From Erysipelotrichaceae bacterium (lineage in GTDB: Bacteria > Bacillota_I > Bacilli_A > RFN20 > CAG-826), in the NCBI GenBank assembly GCA_012729405.1, contig JAAYDH010000055.1:1-35680 (forward strand): a stretch of DNA of 35,680 bases, written 5' to 3'. Both the position numbers and the translations under genes were made by a program. This document shows positions 16,818 to 26,262 of this stretch, in pieces (position 1 is the stretch's first letter; each line of letters begins with the position of its first letter). Under the pieces are notes generated by a model. The model worked only from the letters and a program-made list of their open reading frames with translations. It had not been told where the DNA came from and did not search any database.

Positions 16818-18926
16818 ATGAAATTAGTTATTGTTGAATCACCCACCAAATGTCACACCATCGAGCGATACCTCGGTCCAGAGTATAAAGTCGTTGCTTC
16901 TCGCGGTCATATTCGCGATCTTTCAACGAGCGGAAAAGGCGGTCTTGGAGTTGATATCCCCGCCGGTTTTATCCCGAAATACGCTATAAGCAAGGATAAA
17001 CTACATATTGTTCGCGAATTAAAAGGCGATGTCAGTAAAGCCGATGAAGTTATATTGGCTACTGACCCTGATCGAGAAGGCGAAGCTATTGCCTGGCACT
17101 TAACCAAAGTTTTAAACCTGCCGGTCGAAACAACGAAGCGCTTAGAGTTCCATGAAATTACTCGCGATTCAATTGAAACCGCGATGACGGCACCTCGCAT
17201 CATTGATATGAATCTTGTCGCCAGCCAGGAAACTCGCCGTATTCTCGATCGAATTATCGGATTCCGCTTATCCTCTTTAATATATAAGAAAATTCATTCT
17301 CGTTCTGCCGGTCGTGTTCAAAGCGCTGCTTTACGCCTTATTTATGATCACGACACCGAAATCGAACAGTTTGTTAGCGAAGAATATTGGAATATTATAA
17401 CTTCAGTGAAACTCAATGGTAATGAATTTAATCCTTCTTTTACCGGCATTAATGAAAAGTCGATTATTCTTCACAATGAGGGTGAAGCACAGGCTATTTT
17501 AGAGAAAATACCCGATATATTAAAGGTTATTTCGGTTTCTGCTTCTTTTAGAATTAAAGAAAGCAAAGTCCCATTTACGACCTCCACCTTGCAACAGGAA
17601 GCTTTCTCTCGTTTAAAGTTTAAGACAAAGAAAACTCAAATGATTGCTCAACAATTATATGAAGGTATTAATGTTGCTGGTGAGCATGTTGGTCTAATTA
17701 CCTACATGCGCACTGACTCGACCCGCTTATCGACGACATTTATTAATCGGGCGATGAATTACATTACCGAAACTTATGGTAAAGAGTACATCGGTCACGC
17801 GAAACAAATCAAAGAAGTTGGGATTACGCAGGACGCTCACGAAGCCATTCGTCCAACAGGCAATCACCGGACTCCCGAATCCATCAAACAATACTTAACG
17901 CCAGACCAATATCACCTTTATAAATTAATTTACAATCGTTCCCTCGCCTCACTCATGAAGGCAAAAAAAGAACAGGTTTTGAATATTGTTTTGGCCGCAA
18001 AAGACTTAACCTTTAAACTAGAATTTGCTCATACGGTTTTCAAAGGTTACGAAGTGGTGTGGGATGATAAGGATGATAATTTGAATTACCATTGTGAATT
18101 CCCCGAAATAAAAGAGGGAGACATGGTTCCTTTAATCAAAAAAGATAAAGAACAAAAATTTACTCAACCCCCCGCCCATTACTCTGAAGCAAAGCTCGTC
18201 AAACTGATGGAAGAAGTTGGCATTGGACGCCCTTCTACTTATGCTTCGACCATTGAAATTTTGAAGCAGAGAAAGTACATCAATAACAACGCAGGAATTT
18301 TGACTATAACCGACCAAGGTAAGAAAACTGCGATTGTTTTAAGAAAGTATTTTCCAGAGATCGTCGACACAAAATATACCGCTCAGATGGAATCAAAACT
18401 CGATGAGGTCCAGGAAGGCAACGAGTCTCGTCTCAAGATTCTCTCTGATTTCTACAATTCTTTCGATGAACAAATTAAAGTCGCTTACGATAAGATGTAT
18501 CCTGATGAGCCAGAAAAAACCGGAGAAATATGTCCAAAATGTGGTTCCTCGCTTGTCTTTAAAAAAGGTAAGAATGGTAAGTTTGTTGGATGTTCGAACT
18601 TCCCAACCTGCCGGTACGTCAAAAAAGAAGTAGTTGAGCCCGCCGTTGAAACCGGCGAGCTGTGCCCAGTTTGTGGCAAGCCACTGGTTGAACGCCATTC
18701 GGCAAAAGGCACGCATTTCATCGCTTGTTCAGGTTTCCCAAAATGTCGCTATATTAAAGCAGAAGAAAGACCTGTTGAACATAATAAAGGTGACTTTTTG
18801 AAAGACTGTCCAAAATGTGATGGCCACTTAGTAAAGAAAAAAGGACGCTACGGCTATTTCCTTGGATGCACCAATTTTCCAAAATGCAACTACATGGAAA
18901 AAATAGCAAAAGTGAAACGGAAATAA
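16818..18926 (+). CDS. topA: DNA topoisomerase I
   Basis: Toprim IVESPTK / TDPDREGEAIAWH, active-site Tyr context ITYMRTDSTR, and three C-terminal Cys4 zinc ribbons (CPKCGS...CSNFPTC, CPVCGK...CSGFPKC, CPKCDG...CTNFPKC). Confidence 0.96.
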   Translation: MKLVIVESPTKCHTIERYLGPEYKVVASRGHIRDLSTSGKGGLGVDIPAGFIPKYAISKDKLHIVRELKGDVSKADEVILATDPDREGEAIAWHLTKVLNLPVETTKRLEFHEITRDSIETAMTAPRIIDMNLVASQETRRILDRIIGFRLSSLIYKKIHSRSAGRVQSAALRLIYDHDTEIEQFVSEEYWNIITSVKLNGNEFNPSFTGINEKSIILHNEGEAQAILEKIPDILKVISVSASFRIKESKVPFTTSTLQQEAFSRLKFKTKKTQMIAQQLYEGINVAGEHVGLITYMRTDSTRLSTTFINRAMNYITETYGKEYIGHAKQIKEVGITQDAHEAIRPTGNHRTPESIKQYLTPDQYHLYKLIYNRSLASLMKAKKEQVLNIVLAAKDLTFKLEFAHTVFKGYEVVWDDKDDNLNYHCEFPEIKEGDMVPLIKKDKEQKFTQPPAHYSEAKLVKLMEEVGIGRPSTYASTIEILKQRKYINNNAGILTITDQGKKTAIVLRKYFPEIVDTKYTAQMESKLDEVQEGNESRLKILSDFYNSFDEQIKVAYDKMYPDEPEKTGEICPKCGSSLVFKKGKNGKFVGCSNFPTCRYVKKEVVEPAVETGELCPVCGKPLVERHSAKGTHFIACSGFPKCRYIKAEERPVEHNKGDFLKDCPKCDGHLVKKKGRYGYFLGCTNFPKCNYMEKIAKVKRK

Positions 18927-18941
18927 TCCGTTTTTCTTTTT
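18915..18941 (+). terminator. Rho-independent terminator overlapping the topA stop codon
   Basis: Stem AAACGGA / TCCGTTT with loop AATAA, followed by TTCTTTTT. Confidence 0.65.
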
Positions 18942-18961
18942 GCATCTAGTATGATATTGGT

Positions 18962-19879
18962 ATGAACAAACCGACTAAAGAGTTCTTGAATTATTTACAA
19001 AACGAGAAAAATTATTCACTTAAGACCACCGATAGTTATCGAAGAGACATCGAGAAGTTTTTTGATTTCCTTGAAAGAGAAGGCATCCTAATGGATCAAG
19101 TCGATTTATCGACAATTCGTAATTTTTTGACCACAGAATTACAAAACGGAGTAAGCAAGAGATCTTGTCGCCGACGTCTTTCAGCCTTAAAACATCTCTA
19201 CACCTATATGGTAAAAGTCAACTATGTTACGGCGAATCCCTTCGCTTTGATAACCCCTCCCAAAACAGAAAAGAAGTATCCACATTTTCTCTATGTAGAT
19301 CAAATTCAAGACCTGTTTGCCGCCAATAAGAGAAGAGATGACGAACTCGCCGTTCGCGATCAAGCAATTTTGATGATGCTTTATTACTGCGGAACCCGTG
19401 CTAGTGAACTGGTTGGTCTTGATGTTCAAGATATAAATCTTAAATCTCGTGTGGCTCGTGTTTTTGGAAAAGGTCGAAAGGAAAGACTACTCCCCTTCAC
19501 CAATGAATGTCGCGATTCATTAGCCACCTATATTCAAACAAAAAGAAATGACCTTTTAGCTAGAAATTCCGCGATGACTCCTGCTCTATTTCTAAACGAT
19601 AAAGGAGAGAGGCTTACTACTCGTGGTTTAGAGTTTATTCTCAATAATATTGAGAAAAAGACCGGTGATTATCTCGGACTCCATCCCCATATTTTCCGCC
19701 ACAGTTTTGCTACGCATCTCCTTGAAAACGGAGCCGACTTGCGCGTCATTCAAGAGTTACTTGGGCATACTAGCATCAACACGACGCAAGTGTACACCCA
19801 TGTGACAGAAGAGGCGAAGAAAAAGATCTACGCCGAGGCTTTTCCAAGAGCCAAAAAGACAAAGAATTCCGATAAATAA
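18962..19879 (+). CDS. xerC: Tyrosine recombinase XerC-type (chromosome dimer resolution)
   Basis: Catalytic pattern ...GTRASEL..., HIFRHSFATHLLENGADLRVIQELLGHTSINTTQVYTHV. It sits in the canonical post-topA position (Bacillus codV). Confidence 0.9.
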   Translation: MNKPTKEFLNYLQNEKNYSLKTTDSYRRDIEKFFDFLEREGILMDQVDLSTIRNFLTTELQNGVSKRSCRRRLSALKHLYTYMVKVNYVTANPFALITPPKTEKKYPHFLYVDQIQDLFAANKRRDDELAVRDQAILMMLYYCGTRASELVGLDVQDINLKSRVARVFGKGRKERLLPFTNECRDSLATYIQTKRNDLLARNSAMTPALFLNDKGERLTTRGLEFILNNIEKKTGDYLGLHPHIFRHSFATHLLENGADLRVIQELLGHTSINTTQVYTHVTEEAKKKIYAEAFPRAKKTKNSDK

Positions 19880-19880
19880 C

Positions 19881-19909
19881 TTGTTATAGTTATAACCCTT
19901 TGATAAAAT
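19881..19909 (+). promoter_or_regulatory. Sigma-70 promoter with extended -10 for the rpsB-tsf operon
   Basis: -35 TTGTTA (19881-19886), 17-nt spacer, TGaTAAAAT (-10 at 19904-19909). Leaves a ~120-nt 5' leader. Confidence 0.55.
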
Positions 19910-20036
19910 AATACGCGCTGCGAAAAATCGCAGACTACACACACTGTGAATTGAACTCCCTTTGTGCTCGGCTAAAGATTGCTGAGTGGTTGAGTTTTTC
20001 GAAGCAGTGGAGGATGAACATAAGGAGGCTCGTAAA

Positions 20037-21089
20037 ATGAGTGAAGAAAAGAAAGTTGTTGCTGAAGTTGAAGAAAAGGCTCCAGTAGCAGAAGCTGCCA
20101 ATTCTATGGCATCTGTCGTGCATGATCCTGATGCACCAGTTATTACAATGAAGAAATTGTTAGAAGCTGGCGCGCATTTCGGACACCAAACCCGTCGTTG
20201 GAATCCAAAGATGAAGAAATACATCTATGGAGCAAGAAACGGTGTCTACATTATCGACCTAGCTAAAACTGCCGATTTAATTTCCAAGGCTTATAAAGCC
20301 ATGAAAGAAATCGTCGATAATGGCGGTAAAGTATTATTTGTCGGAACTAAGAAACAATGCCAAGAAGCTGTCCAAGCTGAAGCATTACGTTCCGGTTCAT
20401 TCTACATGACCAATCACTGGCTCGGTGGAACCTTAACCAACTTTAAGACCATTCAAGGTCGTATTAGATACTTGAAAGAACTTGAGAGAAGAGAAGAAGA
20501 AGGTGAATTAGACCTCCTTCCCAAGAAAGAAGCCGCTGAACTCAGAAAACAAAAAGAAAAATTATCCAAGAACCTTGAAGGTATTAAAGAGATGCGTCGT
20601 GTCCCAAACGCTATCTTTGTGGTTGATCCGCGCGTTGAACATAACGCTGTTAGCGAAGCTCGCAAATTAAATATCCCAGTGTTTGCTATCGTTGATACCA
20701 ACAGCGATCCTGATGTCGTTGACTATGTCTTACCTGCCAACGATGATGCCGTTCGCTCTGTCAGCCTAATCCTCGCTGTTATTGCTGATGCAATCGTTGA
20801 GAGCAAAGGCGGACTCCCAGTTGTCGCTTATGTCAAAGATGAAGGCGATGAAGTCACAATGAAAGACGTCATTCGTCAAACCGATAAGGAAAATGCTGAG
20901 AAACTAGCTCGCATTCGCGCTGAAAGAGCTGCTCGTCAAGAAGCATATGAACGCGAACAAGCCGCTCGCTCTTCTGGAAGAGATGAGGGTCGTAAATTCG
21001 GTCCTCGCAAACCATTTACTAAGAGAGTTGAAGAAGCCAAACCAGCCGAAGCACAAAATGTCGAAGAAGTTAAGGAGGACAAGAAATAA
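20037..21089 (+). CDS. rpsB: 30S ribosomal protein S2 with N- and C-terminal extensions (~350 aa)
   Basis: S2 core [38 protein letters not shown]... through ...[25 protein letters not shown] (20022-20028) lies 8 nt upstream of ATG 20037. No SD precedes the internal ATGs at 20106 or 20148. Confidence 0.93.
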   Translation: MSEEKKVVAEVEEKAPVAEAANSMASVVHDPDAPVITMKKLLEAGAHFGHQTRRWNPKMKKYIYGARNGVYIIDLAKTADLISKAYKAMKEIVDNGGKVLFVGTKKQCQEAVQAEALRSGSFYMTNHWLGGTLTNFKTIQGRIRYLKELERREEEGELDLLPKKEAAELRKQKEKLSKNLEGIKEMRRVPNAIFVVDPRVEHNAVSEARKLNIPVFAIVDTNSDPDVVDYVLPANDDAVRSVSLILAVIADAIVESKGGLPVVAYVKDEGDEVTMKDVIRQTDKENAEKLARIRAERAARQEAYEREQAARSSGRDEGRKFGPRKPFTKRVEEAKPAEAQNVEEVKEDKK

Positions 21090-21967
21090 TGGCCGAAAAG
21101 TCACTTATTGATTTAATTAAAGATCTCCGTGAGAGAACCGGCGCTGGTCTTATGGACTGCAAAGCCGCTTTACTCGCCAGTGGCAATGATATCGAGAAGG
21201 CAAGTGATTTCCTCCGTGAAAAAGGATTAGTTAAAATGGCGAAGAAAGCCAGCCGCATCGCTGCGGAAGGTTTAACCGTCTTTAAATCCTGTGCTCACTG
21301 CCGTACGACTGTCATCGTTGAAGTTAACTGCGAAACTGACTTTGTCGCGAAAGGTGATGCCTTCCACGATTTGGTCAATACTGTTGCTGACTTATTGTTA
21401 GATAAGAAACCAGCGACCATCGAAGAAGCCCGCGAACTAACCGCCTCTCTTTTCACTGACGCCACCGTCAAATTAGGAGAAAAATTAGATCTTCGTCGCT
21501 TTGAGCTTGTTACTGAAAACGGAGATGAATTTGCTGCTCCATACACCCATATGGGTGGTAAAATTTCCGTCGTTGTCTTGCTAGACAAGAACGATGCGGA
21601 ATTCGGAAAACAACTCGCTATGCACATTGCTGCAAACAACCCAAGTTATTTAGCGGTTGATGAAATCCCTGAGGAAGTCATCAAGCACGAAACCGAAGTG
21701 GAAACCGCTGCTAGCAAGAACGATGAAAAGTTAGCTAACAAGCCCGCTCCTGTTCTTGAAAAGATTATTGCAAACAAAGTGAATAAGCGTTTCGCGGAAG
21801 TTACCTTGTTAGCTCAAGCCTTCCTCATTGATGATTCGAAAACTGTTGAACAAGTTCTCAAAGAGAAGAATACAAAGGTTTTGAAGTTTGTCCGTTATCA
21901 AGTTGGAGAAGGAATTGAAAAACGTCAAGACGACTTCGCCAGCGAAGTAATGAGCCAAGTTAATTAA
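21089..21967 (+). CDS. tsf: Translation elongation factor Ts
   Basis: N-terminal UBA-like IKDLRERTGAGLMDCKAAL. Canonical rpsB-tsf pairing, with the start overlapping the rpsB TAA. Confidence 0.95.
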   Translation: MAEKSLIDLIKDLRERTGAGLMDCKAALLASGNDIEKASDFLREKGLVKMAKKASRIAAEGLTVFKSCAHCRTTVIVEVNCETDFVAKGDAFHDLVNTVADLLLDKKPATIEEARELTASLFTDATVKLGEKLDLRRFELVTENGDEFAAPYTHMGGKISVVVLLDKNDAEFGKQLAMHIAANNPSYLAVDEIPEEVIKHETEVETAASKNDEKLANKPAPVLEKIIANKVNKRFAEVTLLAQAFLIDDSKTVEQVLKEKNTKVLKFVRYQVGEGIEKRQDDFASEVMSQVN

Positions 21968-21974
21968 CAAAATT

Positions 21975-22000
21975 AGAAACACTTTAGTGTTTCTTTTTTT
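21975..22000 (+). terminator. Rho-independent terminator after tsf
   Basis: Stem AGAAACAC / GTGTTTCT with loop TTTA, followed by TTTTTT. Confidence 0.8.
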
Positions 22001-22012
22001 ACAGGAGGTTTT

Positions 22013-22732
22013 ATGTATCGAAGAGTCTTATTAAAGCTAAGTGGCGAAGCCCTCAAAGAGAAAACAGGGATGCAAATTATTGATGTCGTCTCGCTCGACA
22101 AGATCGCCAAATCCATCCAATCCATCCACGATAAAAATATTGAAATTTGCGTCGTTATTGGAGCGGGTAATATCTGGCGCGGCAAACTAGCCAAAGATAT
22201 TGGTATCGAAGACGTTTCCGCTGATTACATGGGAATGTTAGGAACAGTTATTAACGCTGTCGCTCTGTCCTCTTCTTTAAAGAAACACGGGGTATCAAGC
22301 CGTGTATTAAGTGCCATTCCAGCTATTGATGGTGTTACTGAAGCATATAGTATTGAAAAAGCCAATTCAGCCATGAAAAATGGCGAAGTTGTTTTTCTTG
22401 CCGGAGGTACAGGTAAGCCTTTCTTTACAACTGACACCGCCGCGACATTAAGAGCCATTGAACTCAACTGTGACGCCATTTTAATGGGCAAGTTCGGAGT
22501 TGATGGAGTCTACACCAGTGATCCAACTTGCGATTCCAAAGCAAAATTCTTACCAGTTATTACATATAAGCAGATGTTAGAAATGAAACTTCAAATTATG
22601 GATCTATCTGCTGTAGAATTAATTAAGGACAAAGATATTGAAATTCGCGTCTTCTCGATGTCTGATCCCAATAATTTCCGTCGGGTCATCGAAGGAAGAG
22701 ATATCGGAACTGTCTGCAAAAAAGGAGAATAA
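22013..22732 (+). CDS. pyrH: UMP kinase
   Basis: RVLLKLSGEAL, GAGNIWRG, TGKPFFTTDTAA. AGGAGG lies upstream. Confidence 0.95.
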   Translation: MYRRVLLKLSGEALKEKTGMQIIDVVSLDKIAKSIQSIHDKNIEICVVIGAGNIWRGKLAKDIGIEDVSADYMGMLGTVINAVALSSSLKKHGVSSRVLSAIPAIDGVTEAYSIEKANSAMKNGEVVFLAGGTGKPFFTTDTAATLRAIELNCDAILMGKFGVDGVYTSDPTCDSKAKFLPVITYKQMLEMKLQIMDLSAVELIKDKDIEIRVFSMSDPNNFRRVIEGRDIGTVCKKGE

Positions 22733-22735
22733 CCT

Positions 22736-23281
22736 ATGGATGAAATCGTATTAGATGCACAACAAAGGATGGAAAAATCCATCGAGTCGTTAAGAATGTC
22801 GCTCGTGACATTGCGAACCGGCCGGGCCAATCCCGCGATTCTATCGACTTTGATGATTGACTACTATGGATCTCCCACGCCAGTCAATCAAATCTCTTCT
22901 ATTATGGTTCCGGAACCCCGTCAACTTCTTATTAAGCCTTACGATCGCAACGATGTTAAAGCGATTGTTACCGCAATCAACGCTTCTAACCTCGGTTTTA
23001 ACCCGATTAACGAAGGGTTAACCATTCGCTTAATCATTCCTGCTCTCACCGAAGAAAGAAGAAAAGAATTGTCCAAGAAAGCAAAGATGTATGGCGAAGA
23101 AGCCAAGGTGGCAATCCGTAATATTCGTAGAGATTATGTCGAAGTTGTAAAAGACGACGACAGTTATCCGGAAGACTATCAAAAGAAAATCCTCGATGAT
23201 ATTCAAAAAGTGACTGATGAAGCGATTAAAAAAATCGATGACATCTGTCTCGAAAAAGAGAAAGAAATCATGGCGGTATAA
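22736..23281 (+). CDS. frr: Ribosome recycling factor
   Basis: 181 aa with LRTGRANPAIL...PEPRQLLIKPYD... Canonical pyrH-frr order. Confidence 0.95.
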   Translation: MDEIVLDAQQRMEKSIESLRMSLVTLRTGRANPAILSTLMIDYYGSPTPVNQISSIMVPEPRQLLIKPYDRNDVKAIVTAINASNLGFNPINEGLTIRLIIPALTEERRKELSKKAKMYGEEAKVAIRNIRRDYVEVVKDDDSYPEDYQKKILDDIQKVTDEAIKKIDDICLEKEKEIMAV

Positions 23282-23305
23282 GGAAGGTTCGACCTTCCTT
23301 TTTTC
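23282..23305 (+). terminator. Rho-independent terminator after frr
   Basis: Stem GGAAGGT / ACCTTCC with loop TCG, followed by TTTTTTC. Confidence 0.8.
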
Positions 23306-23350
23306 TATTACATTTCTCTATTTTTGTGTATACTAAAATAGATATTAAAT

Positions 23351-24073
23351 ATGGCAAAAAGAGAGTCTTTGAAACATATTGCCTTCATTATGGACGGGAA
23401 TGGGAGATGGGCTACTGCTCGTGGTCTTCCTCGTTTTTTGGGACATAAAGCAGGTTGTGATCGCGTTATCGATATCTATGAAGAATGCCGATCCCAAGGG
23501 GTAAAGGTCATGTCTCTTTATGCTTTTTCAACTGAAAACTGGAATCGTCCCAAGAGCGAAATTAACCATCTTTTCAAATATCTTGAAATTTTCTTTAAAA
23601 AAGAAATTGATCGGATGATTAAAGAAGGTTGTCACATGATTGCTTCTGGTGATTTAACTCGCTTGCCTAAGAGGACACAAAAAGTTGTCCAAGATGCGAT
23701 GGAAAAAACCAAAGACTGCCACGATTTTACATTTAATATATGCCTCAACTATGGCGGGAAAGCCGAACTCGTTCGCGCAGCCAAATTATTCGCTGAGGAT
23801 GTTATTAATCACGAAACAAAAATTGAGGATTTAAATGAAGAAAGTTTTGAAAATTATTTATACACCAAAGGATTACCACCAGTCGATTTATTAATCCGCA
23901 CTAGTGGAGAGATGAGGACTTCGAATTTCCTACCTTGGCAACTTGCCTATGCCGAATTTATCTTCACTCCTACTCCTTGGCCTGATTTTGATAAAGAACA
24001 ATTTCGCAGCACTTTAAAGGAATATGAGAAGCGGTCACGCCGCTTTGGAGGCTTGTCCAATGAAAAAGACTGA
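23351..24073 (+). CDS. uppS: Undecaprenyl (isoprenyl) diphosphate synthase UppS
   Basis: HIAFIMDGNGRWA, FSTENWNRP, RTSGEMRTSNFLPWQLAYAEF. Confidence 0.95.
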   Translation: MAKRESLKHIAFIMDGNGRWATARGLPRFLGHKAGCDRVIDIYEECRSQGVKVMSLYAFSTENWNRPKSEINHLFKYLEIFFKKEIDRMIKEGCHMIASGDLTRLPKRTQKVVQDAMEKTKDCHDFTFNICLNYGGKAELVRAAKLFAEDVINHETKIEDLNEESFENYLYTKGLPPVDLLIRTSGEMRTSNFLPWQLAYAEFIFTPTPWPDFDKEQFRSTLKEYEKRSRRFGGLSNEKD

Positions 24074-25115
24074 ACATCACCATAGACACAATGAGTTGAC
24101 CGAATCGACAAAAAGCTCAATGAAGACGCGAATTATCACAGGTATCATTGCGATTGTCTGTATTGTCCCTTTCATCTTTCTTGGTGACTGGTTCTTTGCT
24201 GCTCTCGTCATGTTTGCCTCTATTGTCTCGACGACAGAAATTATTCGCTGTCTGAAAGTGAAAAAATCAGTTCCTTATCTCATCGGCCTTACGGTAATTA
24301 GTATTATCATATGTATTTTCATTGTATTCTGGCCATTCTTGCTCAACTTATTCACCAAAATTCAAGAGGATTCTTGGTTCCATTTATACGCATATTTTGA
24401 CAGACTCCACATTTCTATTCTCTTGGTGTTCGTTGGCTTTGCTTTGCTATTTATGGTGGTGGTACTGTTTTCGTCCTTCACTGCACGAGACGCGAGCTTT
24501 ATGTTTACGATGTTGGTCGTTATTTCCCTCGGTTTACAAAGCCTCTTGTTCTTGCGTTACTATCCATCCTTCCTTGAAGATGAAGCTTTGAAAATTCTAA
24601 ATTCCGAAGCCCCGCCAGCCCCATTATTTAATACTTTTGACTCGTTTGAAGCATCTCTATTGGTAATTTATGTCGTTGTCTCGACGTTTATGACTGACAC
24701 AGGGGCCTATTTCTTTGGTCTTTTCTTTGGTAAAAAGAAAATCAACGAAAGAATTTCGCCTAAGAAAACCTATGCTGGATTTATTGGCGGACTAATTACC
24801 TCCTTTGTTTTTTCCTGCGGATTTGCTTTCATTTTTATCAGTACAGGGCACCCTTTATTAAAAGGGACTCTTGACTTAAATCATTGGTACTATGTAGTTG
24901 CTCTATCAGCGATTATTCCTTTGTTCGCAACACTCGGTGATTTCGTCTTTAGTTCGATTAAACGTTACTATAATATCAAAGATTACGGTAACTTTTTGCC
25001 GGGACACGGCGGTATTCTCGACCGTATCGATTCATTGCTCTTCTCGCTGACGGCGTCTGCTTTATTCATTTGGATCGTGACTAACATTGGCACTGATTTA
25101 CTCTTCTTATTATGA
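24060..25115 (+). CDS. cdsA: Phosphatidate cytidylyltransferase CdsA (enlarged, ~351 aa)
   Basis: TDTGAYFFGLFFGKKK, SPKKTYAGFIGG, GDFVFSSIKRYYNIKDYGNFLPGHGGILDRIDS. GGAGG lies 8 nt upstream of ATG 24060, which overlaps the uppS 3' end by 14 nt. Confidence 0.9.
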   Translation: MKKTEHHHRHNELTESTKSSMKTRIITGIIAIVCIVPFIFLGDWFFAALVMFASIVSTTEIIRCLKVKKSVPYLIGLTVISIIICIFIVFWPFLLNLFTKIQEDSWFHLYAYFDRLHISILLVFVGFALLFMVVVLFSSFTARDASFMFTMLVVISLGLQSLLFLRYYPSFLEDEALKILNSEAPPAPLFNTFDSFEASLLVIYVVVSTFMTDTGAYFFGLFFGKKKINERISPKKTYAGFIGGLITSFVFSCGFAFIFISTGHPLLKGTLDLNHWYYVVALSAIIPLFATLGDFVFSSIKRYYNIKDYGNFLPGHGGILDRIDSLLFSLTASALFIWIVTNIGTDLLFLL

Positions 25116-26257
25116 TAAGTATTTGTTTACTTGGCGCTTCTGGATCAATTGGAAATCAAACCCTGGATGTCATGAAAAGGCATCCACTTGATTTTATATT
25201 GACCGCTTTTTCAGTTGGCCACCAGGTAAACAAAATCCCCTCAATCCTTAAATCTTTTCCTTCCGTGAGGATGATTTGCGTCCAGGAAGAAAAGGCCGCA
25301 GAAAAATATCATAAACTTTTTCCTCATCTACATTTTTTTCATGGCGATCAAGGACTAACATCATTGATTAAAGAATCTCAAGCCGACATGGTGGTCAACG
25401 CTCTTGTCGGTTTTGTCGGTTTGGTTCCTTCAATCACTGCTTTAGAGAATAACCGTGTTCTTGCTTTAGCAAACAAAGAAAGTCTCGTTGTTGGAGGAGA
25501 ATTAATCAAGAACATTCTCGCCTCTGGGAAAGGCAAACTTATTCCCATTGATAGCGAACATGTCGCCTTAGCTAAATGTCTCGCTGTGGACTCCAGCAAT
25601 GTCAAAAATCTAATTATTACCGCCAGCGGTGGAAGTTTCAGAAATCTTTCAAGAAAAGAATTAAAGACAGTCACCGCTGAGCAAGCTCTCAATCATCCGA
25701 CCTGGAAGATGGGCCCGAAAATTACCATCGACAGCGCCAGCATGATGAATAAGACTTTTGAGATTATCGAAGCCCATTATCTGTTCAATTTTCCCTATAA
25801 GAAAATAAAAGTCATAATTCATAGCGAATCTATGATTCATTCTATGGTACAATACAATGACGGAACTTATCGCATGGATATCGGGAAACCCGATATGTGT
25901 GTTCCAATCGCCTATGCCTTGTATCAAGGGTTATTACCTTACAAGACATATGTCTGTTCCGATTATCATGATTTCACCTCTTATCACTTCAGCGAATTAT
26001 CTTTAAAGAGATTTCCCGTCGTCAAATGGGCGAAGAAAGTCATTGAGGAAAAAGGCACATATGGCACTGTTCTCAATGCTTCAAACGAAGTGGCGGTCTC
26101 GGCGTTCTTGAAAGGCAAAATCTCTTTCTTGGATATCGAAAATGTTGTTTCCAGCATCATGAAAAATCACATTAACATCATTAATCCTACTCTTGTGGAT
26201 ATCCTAAGAGTGGATCAAGAAATTCGGCAAAAAGCCCTCAAATTTATTGAAAAGTAG
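25112..26257 (+). CDS. dxr: 1-deoxy-D-xylulose 5-phosphate reductoisomerase (MEP pathway)
   Basis: LGASGSIGNQTLDV (NADPH site), ANKESLV, PIDSEH, NHPTWKMGPKITIDSA. ATGA overlap with cdsA. Confidence 0.94.
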   Translation: MISICLLGASGSIGNQTLDVMKRHPLDFILTAFSVGHQVNKIPSILKSFPSVRMICVQEEKAAEKYHKLFPHLHFFHGDQGLTSLIKESQADMVVNALVGFVGLVPSITALENNRVLALANKESLVVGGELIKNILASGKGKLIPIDSEHVALAKCLAVDSSNVKNLIITASGGSFRNLSRKELKTVTAEQALNHPTWKMGPKITIDSASMMNKTFEIIEAHYLFNFPYKKIKVIIHSESMIHSMVQYNDGTYRMDIGKPDMCVPIAYALYQGLLPYKTYVCSDYHDFTSYHFSELSLKRFPVVKWAKKVIEEKGTYGTVLNASNEVAVSAFLKGKISFLDIENVVSSIMKNHINIINPTLVDILRVDQEIRQKALKFIEK

Positions 26258-26262
26258 GTACT

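Noticed and set aside
18962-19879. The tyrosine recombinase as a marker of an integrated phage or mobile element.
   Set aside because: It sits in the canonical housekeeping position after topA (Bacillus codV/xerC) and has full XerC/D-type motifs. It is flanked only by core genes. There is no adjacent excisionase, att-like repeat or cargo.
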